From Epithemia pelagica (taxonomy: Eukaryota; Protista; Bacillariophyta): 64,000 nucleotides of DNA. The stretch spans positions 992,001-1,056,000 of the forward strand of contig OX337236.1 of assembly GCA_946965045.2 (NCBI GenBank), in the 5' to 3' direction. Position 1 is the stretch's first letter. The number at the start of each line of letters is the position of its first letter. The notes beneath the pieces are model-generated. The model searched no databases and was not told the origin of the DNA. It was given only the letters and a program-made list of their open reading frames with translations. The translations under genes and the position numbers were made by a program. Below, piece by piece: positions 36,788 to 48,820 of this stretch.

Positions 36788-39700
36788 ATGACATCATCAT
36801 CTTCTACTTTGGATGTTCCGAATCATTCTCCACCCCGTGGACCAAGGAGGACGCGTCGACGTCGAGGCAATGGCACTAGCACGACATCATCAAACACCGC
36901 ACTGTATACGCTCAAAAATCTGCTTAATGATGACAACATCCCAAATCTTTCCTCCCCTTCTTCTCCTTCCATGCAGAAAAGTGACGACTGTGGGGCAGGG
37001 ACGTCTTCCTCGACTCGGTCTTTGTTGGTACAAGAATTTCACACGGCCTGCCGTGATTCAAAGATTGCTTCTATGGAATTTTGGAAAAGTCAACCTGAGC
37101 ACCTGGCCTCTGTGATTGTGTCGGCATCCTATCATCTTTCCGAATATATAAATGGGAGCGTAGACCACTCGAGTCTCTTGTTGGATGGAATAGCATCGTC
37201 CTTGCTTCCTGTTTGTACACAAATGGTACAATGCGCACTGCAGCAAAAAGAGGATAACGTCAATAGTCACACGAGCAGCCAGCAGTCGTTGCTGTTTGTT
37301 GCGATTCACAGTTTGCGAGCAATTGTCCGTCGGCTGGGTCCAAAGCACGTCGAAAAAGTATTGAAAACGTTGTACCACGCCGTCATCCTCTCTTCGGAGC
37401 TTGCAATTCTTCACATGCCTTCAGAAAACACAGCTTTATATCCCTCGAAAACACGTCCTTCGATTGTCTTTGCGGATTTGTGTTGGAAGGCCATGGAGGC
37501 AAAAAAAGCGGCTTTGCTCACGAGTTACTGTCGTCAAAGCGAAGATGTCAGGGGCTCCGAGTTTGGTGAGATCACTGGAACTACTGAATATCAAAATGGG
37601 AGAAACCAGAGATACGTTGGGTTTTATTTACCCCCCAAAACGGAGGCGCAATCACTATTTCCCATACCTCGACCCTGGAACGCATCAACCACGGATTTGG
37701 CTTCTTCCTTCGTTCTCTTGGAAATTCCGCTACCAAAGCTGGTCCCAATTGTCGTCCAAGCATGCATGGCGGTGGTTAAGCTCATATTCCAATTAACTCC
37801 GCCTATCAAAGGGGGAAGTCCCGAAGAATCTGAGCTTGTCGATTTGGTCGAAACCTGGCGGAACCGAAGATCCAACGTCACCAAATGCGCATCCTATGTC
37901 ACACTGCAGCAGTGGGGCGTACACTTGATAAGTAACACAGCAATGGAGTGGATTCGGATGTATCCACCTTCGTCCCACGAAAGTCAAATGGGACTCGCGA
38001 AAAAGGTGTATCGAATAGTCTGGGACAGGGCTTCGGTGTATACCAAACAGCCAGAAGAAGCTCTCCATCTTCGCCAGGTGGCTTTACGTATTTTGTTGTT
38101 GCAAGGAAGCAACGGGAACGAGACTCGTGGAATTGACAGAGAATGCGCTTCTCGTCTCCGTAAAACCGGTGTTTGGGAGACAGTATGTACATCAGCGTGG
38201 AAAGTGGCCTGCACGTTTCATCGTCAGCAATCTGCGTCCTGGTCATCAAATGCCATGCTGACTACCTTTCATGACAAGGTGGGCAAAATTTTGGATACAA
38301 TAGCAATGGGACTACCGCTGCCGTACATGGAGTATTGTGCCTATCGACTGTTTCATTTAAAAGATGGTAGGAGTCGTGCAACGGGTTCTGTATACCGAGA
38401 TGATGGTTCAGAGACATTCGCCTTTTCAAAAGACATTATGAATTTGCTTTCAGTGTGCTGCGACGTGAAAAATGCTCTTTTAAAAGAGGAAATAACACAG
38501 ACAGCATCCAAGGAACTCTTCTCTTCAGCGCTTAAAATAGCGAAGAAGATCGATTTCTCCATACTGGAAAGTCTTCCAGAAGATCATCTGCGCCGAATTC
38601 TCAAATTGTTCAATACTGTTGGCTTGCATAGAGCAATATACAGTGCCCTATCTGGCGAACAAAGTACGCTTCTTAATGCCTCCTACACAGTAAATGCTGC
38701 AGCATGCTTGTCCGTCAAGTGTCTCGGTCCATTTTATCTCCGGATGGTGCAAATAACGAGCCCGTCTGCTGATATGCCGTCGAAAATCGCCGAATGGGAA
38801 CTGTATGTTGAAAACATGATTCGCGGGATTTCTGCACACGAGTGGATGTTGAGGAATGGGCAGGAATCAGTGCGCAAAGACTGCGATAATGCCATGTTGG
38901 GCATAACGAATGTTCTGACAAAGCATGGAGGTCTTTGCCCTCCGTTGTCGTGTATAGAGAAGACGGCGAAGGTACGTTGCTCTGAGATCTGGCTGAAAAT
39001 TGTAGTGATAGCGTCCAAAAACGTCTAAATGTCGATTGTTGGTGAACAGAGCTTGGCAATTCATGGAAGAAAACGAGTCGAACTTAACAAGGGGCTCAAA
39101 AAGTACGCTGCGACTCCACTTCTTCTCTCCATCCGACTTTTTGCTTGCCTCAGACAGCCTCCCCCACCATCCATTCAGATGTCAGCAAGATGGACAGAAT
39201 TATCATTTTTGTTTCGCTCCATTGACAAGCTACAGCTGGAAGCGGTTTCGATCATGGCAACTCTGCGTGAAATCGATGTCGAATATTTCCAATCAAAACC
39301 AATGGATGAGCAAGATGATATCGAGTTTCATTTGATAGAATTCCTTTGTGGAAAATGTCATGGCAATGTTCCTCATCATGGACTGGGGAAAAACGACTGT
39401 GACAACTCTACGAAAGAATCCTTAGTCGCAAGGCTTGTAGCCATCTTTGGCATGGTCTCAATCAACCACGTTTTCGCATTCAACGAAGACTTCAAGACGA
39501 AAGCAATGGACGTATCAATTCTAGTGGAAGGGATACTGGGTGATCTAACAAACGCTCAAAGTTTGAAAGATTACCTTGAAAGAAGACTCGATGCCAACTT
39601 TTCCCTACCAAATTTGTGCTCGCTTCTTATATGGGAAGGCGGTACATCGCTCTGGTTCCAGGGATTCCTGACGTCAATGATGGTACTACAGCGGATGGCA

Positions 39701-42700
39701 AAACAGCTTCGTACGGCTCGCATCGGAGACGATGGACATGAAGACAGAAAGCGTCTGAGAGAATATCGCGAGTTTGGACAGGCGACAGCAAACTATCTGG
39801 AACGGTCGGGCAACCCTAATGCCCGATCATTGGCGGTTGCTCTTTTCTATGTTGGTCTATCATCATCGTTCATCTCGCTCGAGTCTATCGTTGAGCCTGA
39901 TAGCTGGAATTGGAAAAGATTCAATCAACAAGATCAAACCTCAAAGTTTCACGAGGACGCTGTGGAGTTTGCCAAGATGGCACTTGATCGTCTTTCAAAA
40001 GAAGAACAAGAAATTCACAAATTTGTTCATGAGATGATTGCCTTCTACTTGTTACGATTAGAGAGCAACAGAAGCATGAAAGTGGTCCAAGATCATCAGA
40101 ATCTTCCCCAACTCGCTTTGCTCTGTCATAACGTGTTGAAGCGGGATTTTGCTGATTTTACGACAACCGAGAAATTCTTGGTGAAATCTGTGGTTTCATT
40201 CTTGGTATATTTCTCAGAATGGTTGTTTTACCGCGGAGACTATATGGAATCGCTGCATATATCTTCATTGAACTTACAGCTTGGGCGACACTTCAGTCTG
40301 CGTTCATCGTTCGAATTACTGGAATCACGGGTGCTATCTCATGTCAACCCGAATGTTGCGATTCCCAATGAGATGAATGAAACTCACGAGAGGGAGAGAA
40401 AGTTCACTTTTGGAAGTGATGATGATTGGTTACACATAGAGACCAGTACATACCGAATACGGCGCAATATCTTGGCAGCGAAAGATCACGAAGATCTTAC
40501 ATTATGCCAAAGCGACCTAGATCAACTTATGCTTCTCGCTGGGCAGTCTACGATGAAGAACAAGAACTGGACGGTAGCCAATGTTTATCTCAGAATGGCT
40601 GATGTTTGCCAGGGGGGAGGTGACTTCGTTGGTGCTCTTGCTTTTGTTCGGAAAGCTCTAATGCTATTTCGAACAAGCGGAGGGAAAAGAACTAACGTTT
40701 CCGTATATATGCTCTGCAGTCGTGAGTTAGAGTGTCTCCAACGAATGGCAATGCTGTATTCAGATGTTGGGGATAGACGGAAAGCTCATGTCTATGCTCT
40801 TCAGTGCACAAAGCACCTTGATTTGAGGTGGAAATCGATAGATCATGGTTCCGAGTGTCAGTTGACAACGCAACGTGAATTAGAGGTGCAAAGATTGCTT
40901 CTTCAACTGGAGACTCGGAAAACATCAGTCCGCAGGGCTGGACCAGAAGAAAATGTTAATGACGAAGACCCGGGATCTGACAATTCGTGGAGAGGGGACT
41001 TCCTTGATCTAAAACTACAGGATGTTCTTCGAGCTTTTGACTGTATGAAGCCCTACGAATGTTCTATTCTCCGCAGTAATCTGTGGCTTGATGCTTTGGA
41101 AAAAGCGAAAGCTAGTTTTGAGAGATACATGGAAAACAAGAATGTTAAAGCGTTGACACACGTGATGCCAGCGAAAATAGCTCCTTTCCCATGCCACGAG
41201 CTTCTTGTCAACGAAGCCAAGGCTTGCTTCTCCGAGCATGGAGTATGCGAGAAAAGCAAACAAGATACGGTGGAAAAACTATGCACAAAGGTATGCCAGG
41301 AACCCGACTTTTCGGATTCATCCCGCGCCGAAGCGTGGTATCTCTTGGGCTTGCTTGAACTCGGAAAGGCACGAGAGTCTGGAGCACTTTATCATCTTTG
41401 GAATGGAAGATCTAACTTACCAAACGTCCAGCAGCAAACAGACGAAACTCTTGTTGATAGTTATATTGGTCGCGCCCAAAGATATCTGCGATCGGCTCTA
41501 ACATTTTGTGGTCCGGCTTCGACTATTCTCACTCGCAATGTCCTTCGATCGCTTGTTCTGGTCACGGGACCTGGCACAGATGATAACGAACAAAGTTGGA
41601 CTTCGCATTCGATGCTTCAAATATCCATAGGAGCAAGCCATCGTATGCACGTATCGAAATCTCTCAGAAAAGAAGAAGGAACGAGATATCCTGCCGAACC
41701 AAACTTGACGGTGGCGGATACATTCCAGTTGTTCGATACTCCCTTCAGTTCTTCAGAGCATTTTTCGAACGTTGAAACATTTTTCTCTCATCTGACGAAA
41801 CGGTGTCCGAGTACTTGGAGGTTCGTTAGTGCTTGCCTGTGCCCAACTGGCGAGATGATTGTGAGTTCCTGGAACAGCAATGATGGAACCAATAAAGGTG
41901 TCGCAACTTTGGGCTGCATATTTCCGTGTTTGGATGAATATGGAGACTCTGGCCGAATTTATGAATCACTTCTTTCTCCTCTTGACAGCATCATTCATAG
42001 AAGCCAAGAGCACGTCAAAGAAACGAAAGACAGCGCACCGTCATCAAGAGAGGAGGTTGCTCAGTGGTGGAGGACACGCCGTGAAATTGATCAAACTCTT
42101 CAGGTATTACTTGAGAGTACAGAGACAGACTTCTTTGGGCATGCCCATGTACAGGATATAGTTTTCGGGGACGAACATCATGAATCGAGTGGTACCGAGG
42201 GCATCGATTCGGCTTCTATCAATCTATCGACTAAATTTGCTATCCTCGCTGAGGAAGACGACGATCTTCTTCCAGGCTTACGTACGAACGATGAACATCC
42301 ATCTACAAGTCGCGAGGAGCTCGAACTGTTTAAGGTTGCAGAGCTGAAAGAGAAGCTCCGAGATCTTGGATGGACAACCAAAGAACTAAGAAACGTAAAG
42401 AAAAACGATTTGATTGATTTGTTGATAAGCTCTTACGAGGAACGATATCAAGAGGAGTGCAATGATGACTTTTCGGTATGTGAGAAATCCAACACGAAAC
42501 AGAAAGCAACAATCCTCGTCCTAGACGAACATCTTCAGAGATTCCCGTTCGAATCATTACCTTCATTTGAAGGACAAGAAATTTGCCGCATCCCATGTCT
42601 TTCTTTCGCGTTGGCAAAGCTATGTGAAATAGAGACCGACCATGCGGCCCTATCGATCAACCCTGATAGGATATCCTACGTACTGGACCCTGAATCAAAC

Positions 42701-43282
42701 CTTCCAGCCACACGCGAACGAATTGATAAGGCTCTTCACTCATTACCGGCATTCAAGAGAAGTATGTGGGATGGGATTGTCGGTGAAAGACCATCACGGG
42801 ATTTCATGGTAGAAGGCCTTTCTCAGAACAATGGTCTTTTCCTTTACTATGGACACGGGGGTACCCAAGATTTCTTTTCCTCATCTGAGCTTCAACGAAT
42901 GCTGGAGCAAGATGAAAGCGGTGTCTCTCGCCGCCTTCGATCCGCAGTCGTTCTGATGGGATGCAGCAGCGGTCGACTGGAATCCGTCATAAAAGAAGGA
43001 CATTGTAGATTGGAAGAGCAGTTCTTGACGTACCTGCCGGAGGGTATGGCACTGTCCTACCTCGCAGCTGGGGCACCATCAGTCGTTGGAAACTTGTGGG
43101 ATGTGACGGATGTGGATATAGATCGATTCGCCATCAAGAGTCTGGAGTTATTCCTTGAAGAGGACGACGATGATTCCAAGTCATTGGCCCAATGCGTTGC
43201 CCTAGCTCGATCCGCATGTAAGCTCCGGTATTTGACGGGCAGTGCACCCGTTTGCTACGGCTTGCCAATACATCGAATGTAA
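36788..43282 (+). CDS. ESP1: Separase (peptidase C50), at least 2 exons (36788-38971, 39050-43282), about 2140 aa
   Basis: C-terminal LVLDEHLQRFPFESLP, YVLDPESNL, catalytic FLYYGHGG and LMGCSSG, VVGNLWDVTDVDIDRF; phase-0 GTACGT..AACAG intron (38972-39049) joins the two ORFs. Confidence 0.93.
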
Positions 43283-43465
43283 ATCTATTGTAGAGCGACA
43301 TTGACAAGGAGGATTAGCCGTTCGGTTCTCTCTAGAGTAAATGGCCTAGGAGAGCCTGATGCTTAGTCTATGTTCTATGTTCTCGCTGGATTTTTGCTTC
43401 CAAGACTGCCTCTAACTAAAGGATACCAGAGTTTCAGTATAGCATAATCAGTACTGACACGACTC

Positions 43466-44956
43466 ATGTTCGGAGATGGGTCAGTGCGTCTGGGGTTTTT
43501 CAGAGAATTCGTTGTTCTGTCGTCGCAAATCGCAAACCCCACGTACAGATACGCCTCGAAAATCTTCTGCGGCGCTGTCACCCATAAAAAGGAGGGAGAC
43601 AGAATGCACAACTGCTCCTCCCCGATCAGTAACATCCCTATGGAGATTAGTGTAGATTCTCTTAGCAGTGAGCCTGAATACTTTTGTGTCATTGGAGATA
43701 TGAATACTAATCGTCATCATCAAGAGCCAGAAGAAGAAGAGCGTTCGTCAACAACCATCCTTCCGGCGGTTGAGGGGAATACACGCAGCGACGAAGTCGC
43801 GGAATTGAGCCAGGCAACACTCTTGCCGCGTCCCGACGAGCGCGACCGCGACGACGCCGTCCACCACTTGATTCATCTGATGGACGCAAACAACCTTGTT
43901 CCTCCCGAAGACCCGTCCTTAGAGTCTCCTCCTCCTCTTGTGGTTCCTCCTTTGGAAGAGGAGACGAATGCGAATAAACCTGAAGAGACAGCGGAGGAAA
44001 ATGCCAGCGCCGTCCCGTCGCCTAAGCAGGAAAGTTTCGATTCCTTCCTTCCGTCCACGATGACGGGCTCGGTGCAGCCATGGTGGTGGGTCTTGATCGT
44101 GATGCCTATTGTCTTGTCTATCCTTTTCCCAGCCAGCGTTCCGGAAACAGAGAAAGCTGCGGTAGTGAATGCTCCGTCTTCTGCACCGGTCGCTCCGATG
44201 GTGGTGCAAGATTTAACCTCTTTTGTTGCCCATGAACGCGCCAGTACCAGCATGGATGTCCCGACCATTGCAGATTTTCCTACGGATGCCTTTCGTCGCT
44301 ATGCGGTTGCGATGTGTTCGTCCGCTCGTTCTTATGAAGCTGCCAGGAAGAATTTGAATCTTCAATTGTCTGTTGTCCCCGAAGAAGTTGCTTCCAAGAT
44401 CTTGGATCTTGTGTTGGTGGAAGGTATCTCGCAGAAGAATTCGATCCAAGATGCAACCAGTGAATTGGGTTCTGATGGACAAGCCCAGAGTTACATGGCG
44501 TTTTGGTCTACGACGTTCAGCCCCAAGAGCAATGACAAGAAGTATGAGACCTGCTTTGTCCTCGCCGGTATGGCCATCAAGGTTGCCGATATTGTTGCAG
44601 GATACAAGGAAGAAACTAAAGAGGTGGTGATTGGATCTGAGCCTTGCAAGTGCGGGTATATTACGGCTTGTGAAATGTGTCCTGTTCTGACCAAAGTTAC
44701 GTCCAAGACGCCGGTGTTCAAGCGGCATAGTCTTAGCCTCAAACAGCAAGATGAACTCCACCGTTGGATGACCTTGCATGCACTCAAGTCGGCGGAGAGT
44801 ATGCTCGCGACGGGTAGTAGCAACAAATCGGCGGACTATAACTTTCTCTCCAATGAATCCGTTATTCAGCAGCTCGGATGGAAGAAGCCCTCTATTGATG
44901 TTGTGGATATGGATGACAATGACTTTTTTGATTCCGACAAGGAAACGCAGGATTAG
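43466..44956 (+). CDS. Unknown single-TM protein, paralogue A of a tandem pair
   Basis: Acidic disordered N-region, TM WWWVLIVMPIVLSILFPA, then a domain shared with 45791-46825. True start may be a downstream ATG. Confidence 0.8.
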   Translation: MFGDGSVRLGFFREFVVLSSQIANPTYRYASKIFCGAVTHKKEGDRMHNCSSPISNIPMEISVDSLSSEPEYFCVIGDMNTNRHHQEPEEEERSSTTILPAVEGNTRSDEVAELSQATLLPRPDERDRDDAVHHLIHLMDANNLVPPEDPSLESPPPLVVPPLEEETNANKPEETAEENASAVPSPKQESFDSFLPSTMTGSVQPWWWVLIVMPIVLSILFPASVPETEKAAVVNAPSSAPVAPMVVQDLTSFVAHERASTSMDVPTIADFPTDAFRRYAVAMCSSARSYEAARKNLNLQLSVVPEEVASKILDLVLVEGISQKNSIQDATSELGSDGQAQSYMAFWSTTFSPKSNDKKYETCFVLAGMAIKVADIVAGYKEETKEVVIGSEPCKCGYITACEMCPVLTKVTSKTPVFKRHSLSLKQQDELHRWMTLHALKSAESMLATGSSNKSADYNFLSNESVIQQLGWKKPSIDVVDMDDNDFFDSDKETQD

Positions 44957-45790
44957 ATTGGTACAGGAGCACCAACTGGGTCTACTACATTATAAATATC
45001 ATCATGATGATCGTCGCGTTTCGTCGGGGATGTGTGTAAACGATCGGCTCTTCAATTATAAGGAGGTATAAGACCAGAATTCGAAATGGGACTTGATCCA
45101 TACAGTAAACAATTGAAATTAGAAGAAAGTATTGAAATTGCCAAATCGAGATTCACCTGTGATTATTGATTTCATCGTTACATTTCCTTGCGTAGAAAAC
45201 AAGGTCTTTCCCAATCTCTCCGAAACTATCAAGGTAATCCAAATGACTCTCGTCCATCGTCCATCGTCCATCTGTAGCGTTGGATGCAAGTTTCTGTCGG
45301 CGCGTCCTCTTCGCTCAAGTGCACACATCCGCAGATGCGTGAATTGGTGAATCTGTCATTCAATATCTCTTCTATCAAAACACTTTTGAATGCATGATTC
45401 CCTGGAACTTCTACGATAAAAAATCGATAATCATTAGGCGTATCATTGCTGTGAAACAAAACTAGATTCGGCGGCTTCGTCCAATTGTATTGCTACTCCT
45501 AGTTCCTATGAGACTCCCATAGCTAATACCCACGACTTCTTTCTTCAAACCGCCATCTGTCTGCATTATTTGTTCTTTGCGTTTTTTCGCTGTCTTCGCG
45601 GCGCACCCCAAAAAGTGAGACAACAGGAAATGGCTGCGTGGTAGCCACAGTGTTCGGTTGTGTTGTGGTATCTTCAAAGTTCTGACTTCCGACGACAGCA
45701 TTGTCAGGTTGGGGACGTCAAGTTCTGATTGCCATTGTGTCAAAGGAGCCCGTCGACTAGTAGATTGGCATCGTTATAGGCCCTGTAGGC

Positions 45791-46825
45791 ATGGGACAGG
45801 GTACCTTCAAGACTACGAGAATACAATTGAAAGCAAAACGGAAGAATTATTCATGTTTCTGTTGGGCATTACTAGGGTCACTGCCGCTCCTACCAACCCT
45901 TTTGGTTGCCCTTGTGGTGGGATTTCAAGATAGTAGTGTGGAATGGATTGTGCCGAAAATGTCCTGGGCAATCGTGGAGGCTACGAGTTGGTCAGCACCA
46001 TCGGTCACTGCGCCGACACCATCGGCTCCAGTCCGAGATCTCAAATCCTTTGTGGCTCATGAACGAGCGATCGCCTTATCCACCTCTCGGAACAACATGC
46101 GTGAAAACTCTGGTGGGTGTGTTAGCTATCCTGAGCTCTTGGGCATTGAAGATTTACCAACCGAACACTTTCATCGTTATGCCGTCGCCAACTGTGCGGC
46201 AGCTGGATCGTTGGAAGGAGCTCGTGAAAATTTGAGACTTCAATTGTCGGATATACCAGAACCTGTCAGGGAACGCATGTTGCAACGAGTCTTGGTGCCA
46301 GGCATCTCACAGAAGAACTCCATTCAAGATGCCACGAGTCAGCTCACATCGGACGGCCAAGCACAGAGTTATTTGGCCTTTTGGTCCACAAACTACAACG
46401 CACACAGCATGGATCGACAGTACGAGACGTGTGTGATTGTTGCTGGTGTAACCATTAAGGTGGCCGAGATGGTAGCCGAGTACAAGCATGAGACCAAGAA
46501 AGTCATTGTCGGTTCGGAACCGTGTCATTGTGGAATCTTTTATTGTGAAGTGTGTCCAGTTATGGACACACAAACTACCATGACACCCGTCTTCAAACGA
46601 CACAGTCTATCTCTCAAGCAGCAAAATGATTTGCATTCCCTTATGACACTTCATGCTTTGAATGCTGCTGAAAGCATGTTGGCCACTCACAACAATGACT
46701 CTTCGGCCACGGCATCGTCTTCATCACAACCGGATTATACCTTGCCGGGCAGTTCCCATCAAGAGGCCGAAATGCAACAACTAAGCTGGAAGAAACCGGA
46801 AATGGCCTTTGTCGGTCACACCTAG
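45791..46825 (+). CDS. Unknown single-TM protein, paralogue B of a tandem pair
   Basis: Hydrophobic segment WALLGSLPLLPTLLVALVVG; shares SFVAHERA, ISQKNSIQDATS, DGQAQSY, YETC, GSEPCxCG, PVFKRHSLSLKQQ with paralogue A. Confidence 0.8.
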   Translation: MGQGTFKTTRIQLKAKRKNYSCFCWALLGSLPLLPTLLVALVVGFQDSSVEWIVPKMSWAIVEATSWSAPSVTAPTPSAPVRDLKSFVAHERAIALSTSRNNMRENSGGCVSYPELLGIEDLPTEHFHRYAVANCAAAGSLEGARENLRLQLSDIPEPVRERMLQRVLVPGISQKNSIQDATSQLTSDGQAQSYLAFWSTNYNAHSMDRQYETCVIVAGVTIKVAEMVAEYKHETKKVIVGSEPCHCGIFYCEVCPVMDTQTTMTPVFKRHSLSLKQQNDLHSLMTLHALNAAESMLATHNNDSSATASSSSQPDYTLPGSSHQEAEMQQLSWKKPEMAFVGHT

Positions 46826-47148
46826 GTTCCTTTCCTCATTTTTCTGTTTGTGGAATTGGACGAGCAAGTATTGTGCTCCTCCAAAGTGTTAACGATTGAT
46901 AGATCCCGTTCAATTTTGTGTTGTTTGTAGAAAGAGGTGTATTTTTAGTCTTGTCCTTGTTTCCTCTGCAACCAGAGAAGACAGCAAAGCCCCGTAGAAA
47001 CAAATCACGGCACTCTAGTACTAGTCTGTCGGAGGACAAAATGTTCATTCATAACATAGAGAGTTTTCAGAATATTTGTTTCGGCTCCAACCTCGACCAT
47101 GGTAAGTCAGCACGATTTCTGATCAAGTCAAGTGAATCATGATCCTTT

Positions 47149-48450
47149 CTAATTCTTTTGTCTTTTCCGGTGCGCAACAGTATCGACCCTCTCTTCGCTG
47201 TCAGTTTCGCTATCAGCGTCAACATGGGTTTGCCACCAAGGATCGGTCGACAGATTGGCACTGGGATTCTTCCAGTACAGCTGTATTTTGTCGCTGTCAA
47301 TATCCACGTTCCATTCCTTTCCATGTCTGGAGCTCTCGGAATCGGAAGCATTCATTGGACCATCATGATGATGTGCCTGCATCCAGTCATGCATTAAATC
47401 CTCCAGGACTTGATCGACTTTGGAATGAATAATCAAATGTGCTTGCTCATCGTAGGGTGTGGCTTGTAGATTGACAATGACAAACTTTTCTGCCAACGTG
47501 GGCAAACTTCCCGCCGGCTCAATGCGCAGGGAGGTACCCAGACACAAGACCAAAGCGGCCTGCTTGCAATATTCCAAGGATCGCTGATAATCGTCGTCCG
47601 GCAAGGGATCTTTCCAGTCCAACAGTGTATCACGAAGAGGACTATTACAGTCATTGCAGTATCGTCCTGTGGGTTGAAAACTCATGCCGCCCACATCTGT
47701 CTCGCGAAAATGCTCCAAACAACAGTCTTGGCACTTTTCGGTAAAGACACAGCCATGCAAAATGGCCAATCGTTCACGACGCATTCCCGAACGACGGTGC
47801 AAGCCATCGACATTTTGAGTAACGCAAAATCGCACCCAGCCCAAGACTTCGGTCAAATAATATAAGGCACGATGTGTTAACGTTGGGCGGGCTTGTCCAA
47901 AATCCATGGAAGCCACACTGTCATCGTTTTGGTCTGGTGTAGAAGAGGGGGTGCATGGTATTTCAGGATCGACAGTGGAAGAACAAGACGATGTCACAAC
48001 CGTCGGTTCAAGTGAATTGTCCATTTTGTCTTTTCGGTATCTTTTGTTGTTGATTTTCGAAATGTCTTGGTTCTTGCTATCAAAGCTGCCTTTTCGTTTG
48101 GCTTGTTGCTGTCGTCGTTTTCGTTCTTGCTGTTCCAGTGTCCAAATACCTTTCGGACCTCGAAAATCAGGAATTCCAGCCGCTGTGCTGATTCCGGCTC
48201 CAGTCAATACAACAATTCCACCCCTCCGACGAAAACTAGTTGAACGCTTCCTGTCCTCCTGCCTAGCCTGTGAGCTTGAGGACGACGACGCATCTTGAGA
48301 TGGCGTGGTGGCCGCCAATGCGTCTTGCACCAATTCTAACAATCGACGTCTCTTTGCTTTGTACGAACGAGAGGTTTCTCGTGTTTCCGGCAACCCGCAA
48401 ACACCCTTGTGAGGATATTCCTTTAACCGACTGGCATACCCCGCACTCAT
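47149..48450 (-). CDS. NAD-dependent deacylase, class IV sirtuin (SIRT6/7-like), 433 aa
   Basis: GAGISTAAGIPDFRGPKGIWT, TQNVDGLH, LHGCVFTEKC..C, C..C, LRDTLLDW, LGTSLRI, VNLQATPYD. Confidence 0.92.
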   Translation of the reverse strand: MSAGYASRLKEYPHKGVCGLPETRETSRSYKAKRRRLLELVQDALAATTPSQDASSSSSSQARQEDRKRSTSFRRRGGIVVLTGAGISTAAGIPDFRGPKGIWTLEQQERKRRQQQAKRKGSFDSKNQDISKINNKRYRKDKMDNSLEPTVVTSSCSSTVDPEIPCTPSSTPDQNDDSVASMDFGQARPTLTHRALYYLTEVLGWVRFCVTQNVDGLHRRSGMRRERLAILHGCVFTEKCQDCCLEHFRETDVGGMSFQPTGRYCNDCNSPLRDTLLDWKDPLPDDDYQRSLEYCKQAALVLCLGTSLRIEPAGSLPTLAEKFVIVNLQATPYDEQAHLIIHSKVDQVLEDLMHDWMQAHHHDGPMNASDSESSRHGKEWNVDIDSDKIQLYWKNPSANLSTDPWWQTHVDADSETDSEERVDTVAHRKRQKN

Positions 48451-48820
48451 GATCCGATCAGTTCATTTGTAGGTCGGTTGATTGCTCCATAACCTAGAAA
48501 GTGACGACGAGAAAGGGGAAAATCATTAACAGCGACTCAAACATGTCTAAGAAGCTTCTGAAAAGCGTCTTAACATTCTTATCTTCCACCTGGAAGGCGT
48601 CGGCCAACCTACCCCTGTACGCACTTCGTGTGATGTCTGATCTGATTGGTTGTCCTCTTCAAGAGAGAGAAAGAGATCTATTGCAGATGCGATCCAGAGA
48701 ATCCGTTTGGCGTACCTCAAAGATCGCTCTGTCTCATCATCCTTGTTATTCTCTGCAACCCATTTCCTATTGTCATTTGTTTGATCTCTCTCGTTCAGTG
48801 CGTAGATCCTAGGGTGTAAA

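Noticed and set aside
39104-39154. Possible extra 51-nt in-frame GT-AG intron in separase
   Set aside because: Shorter than all other introns here and not needed for frame; needs RNA-seq.
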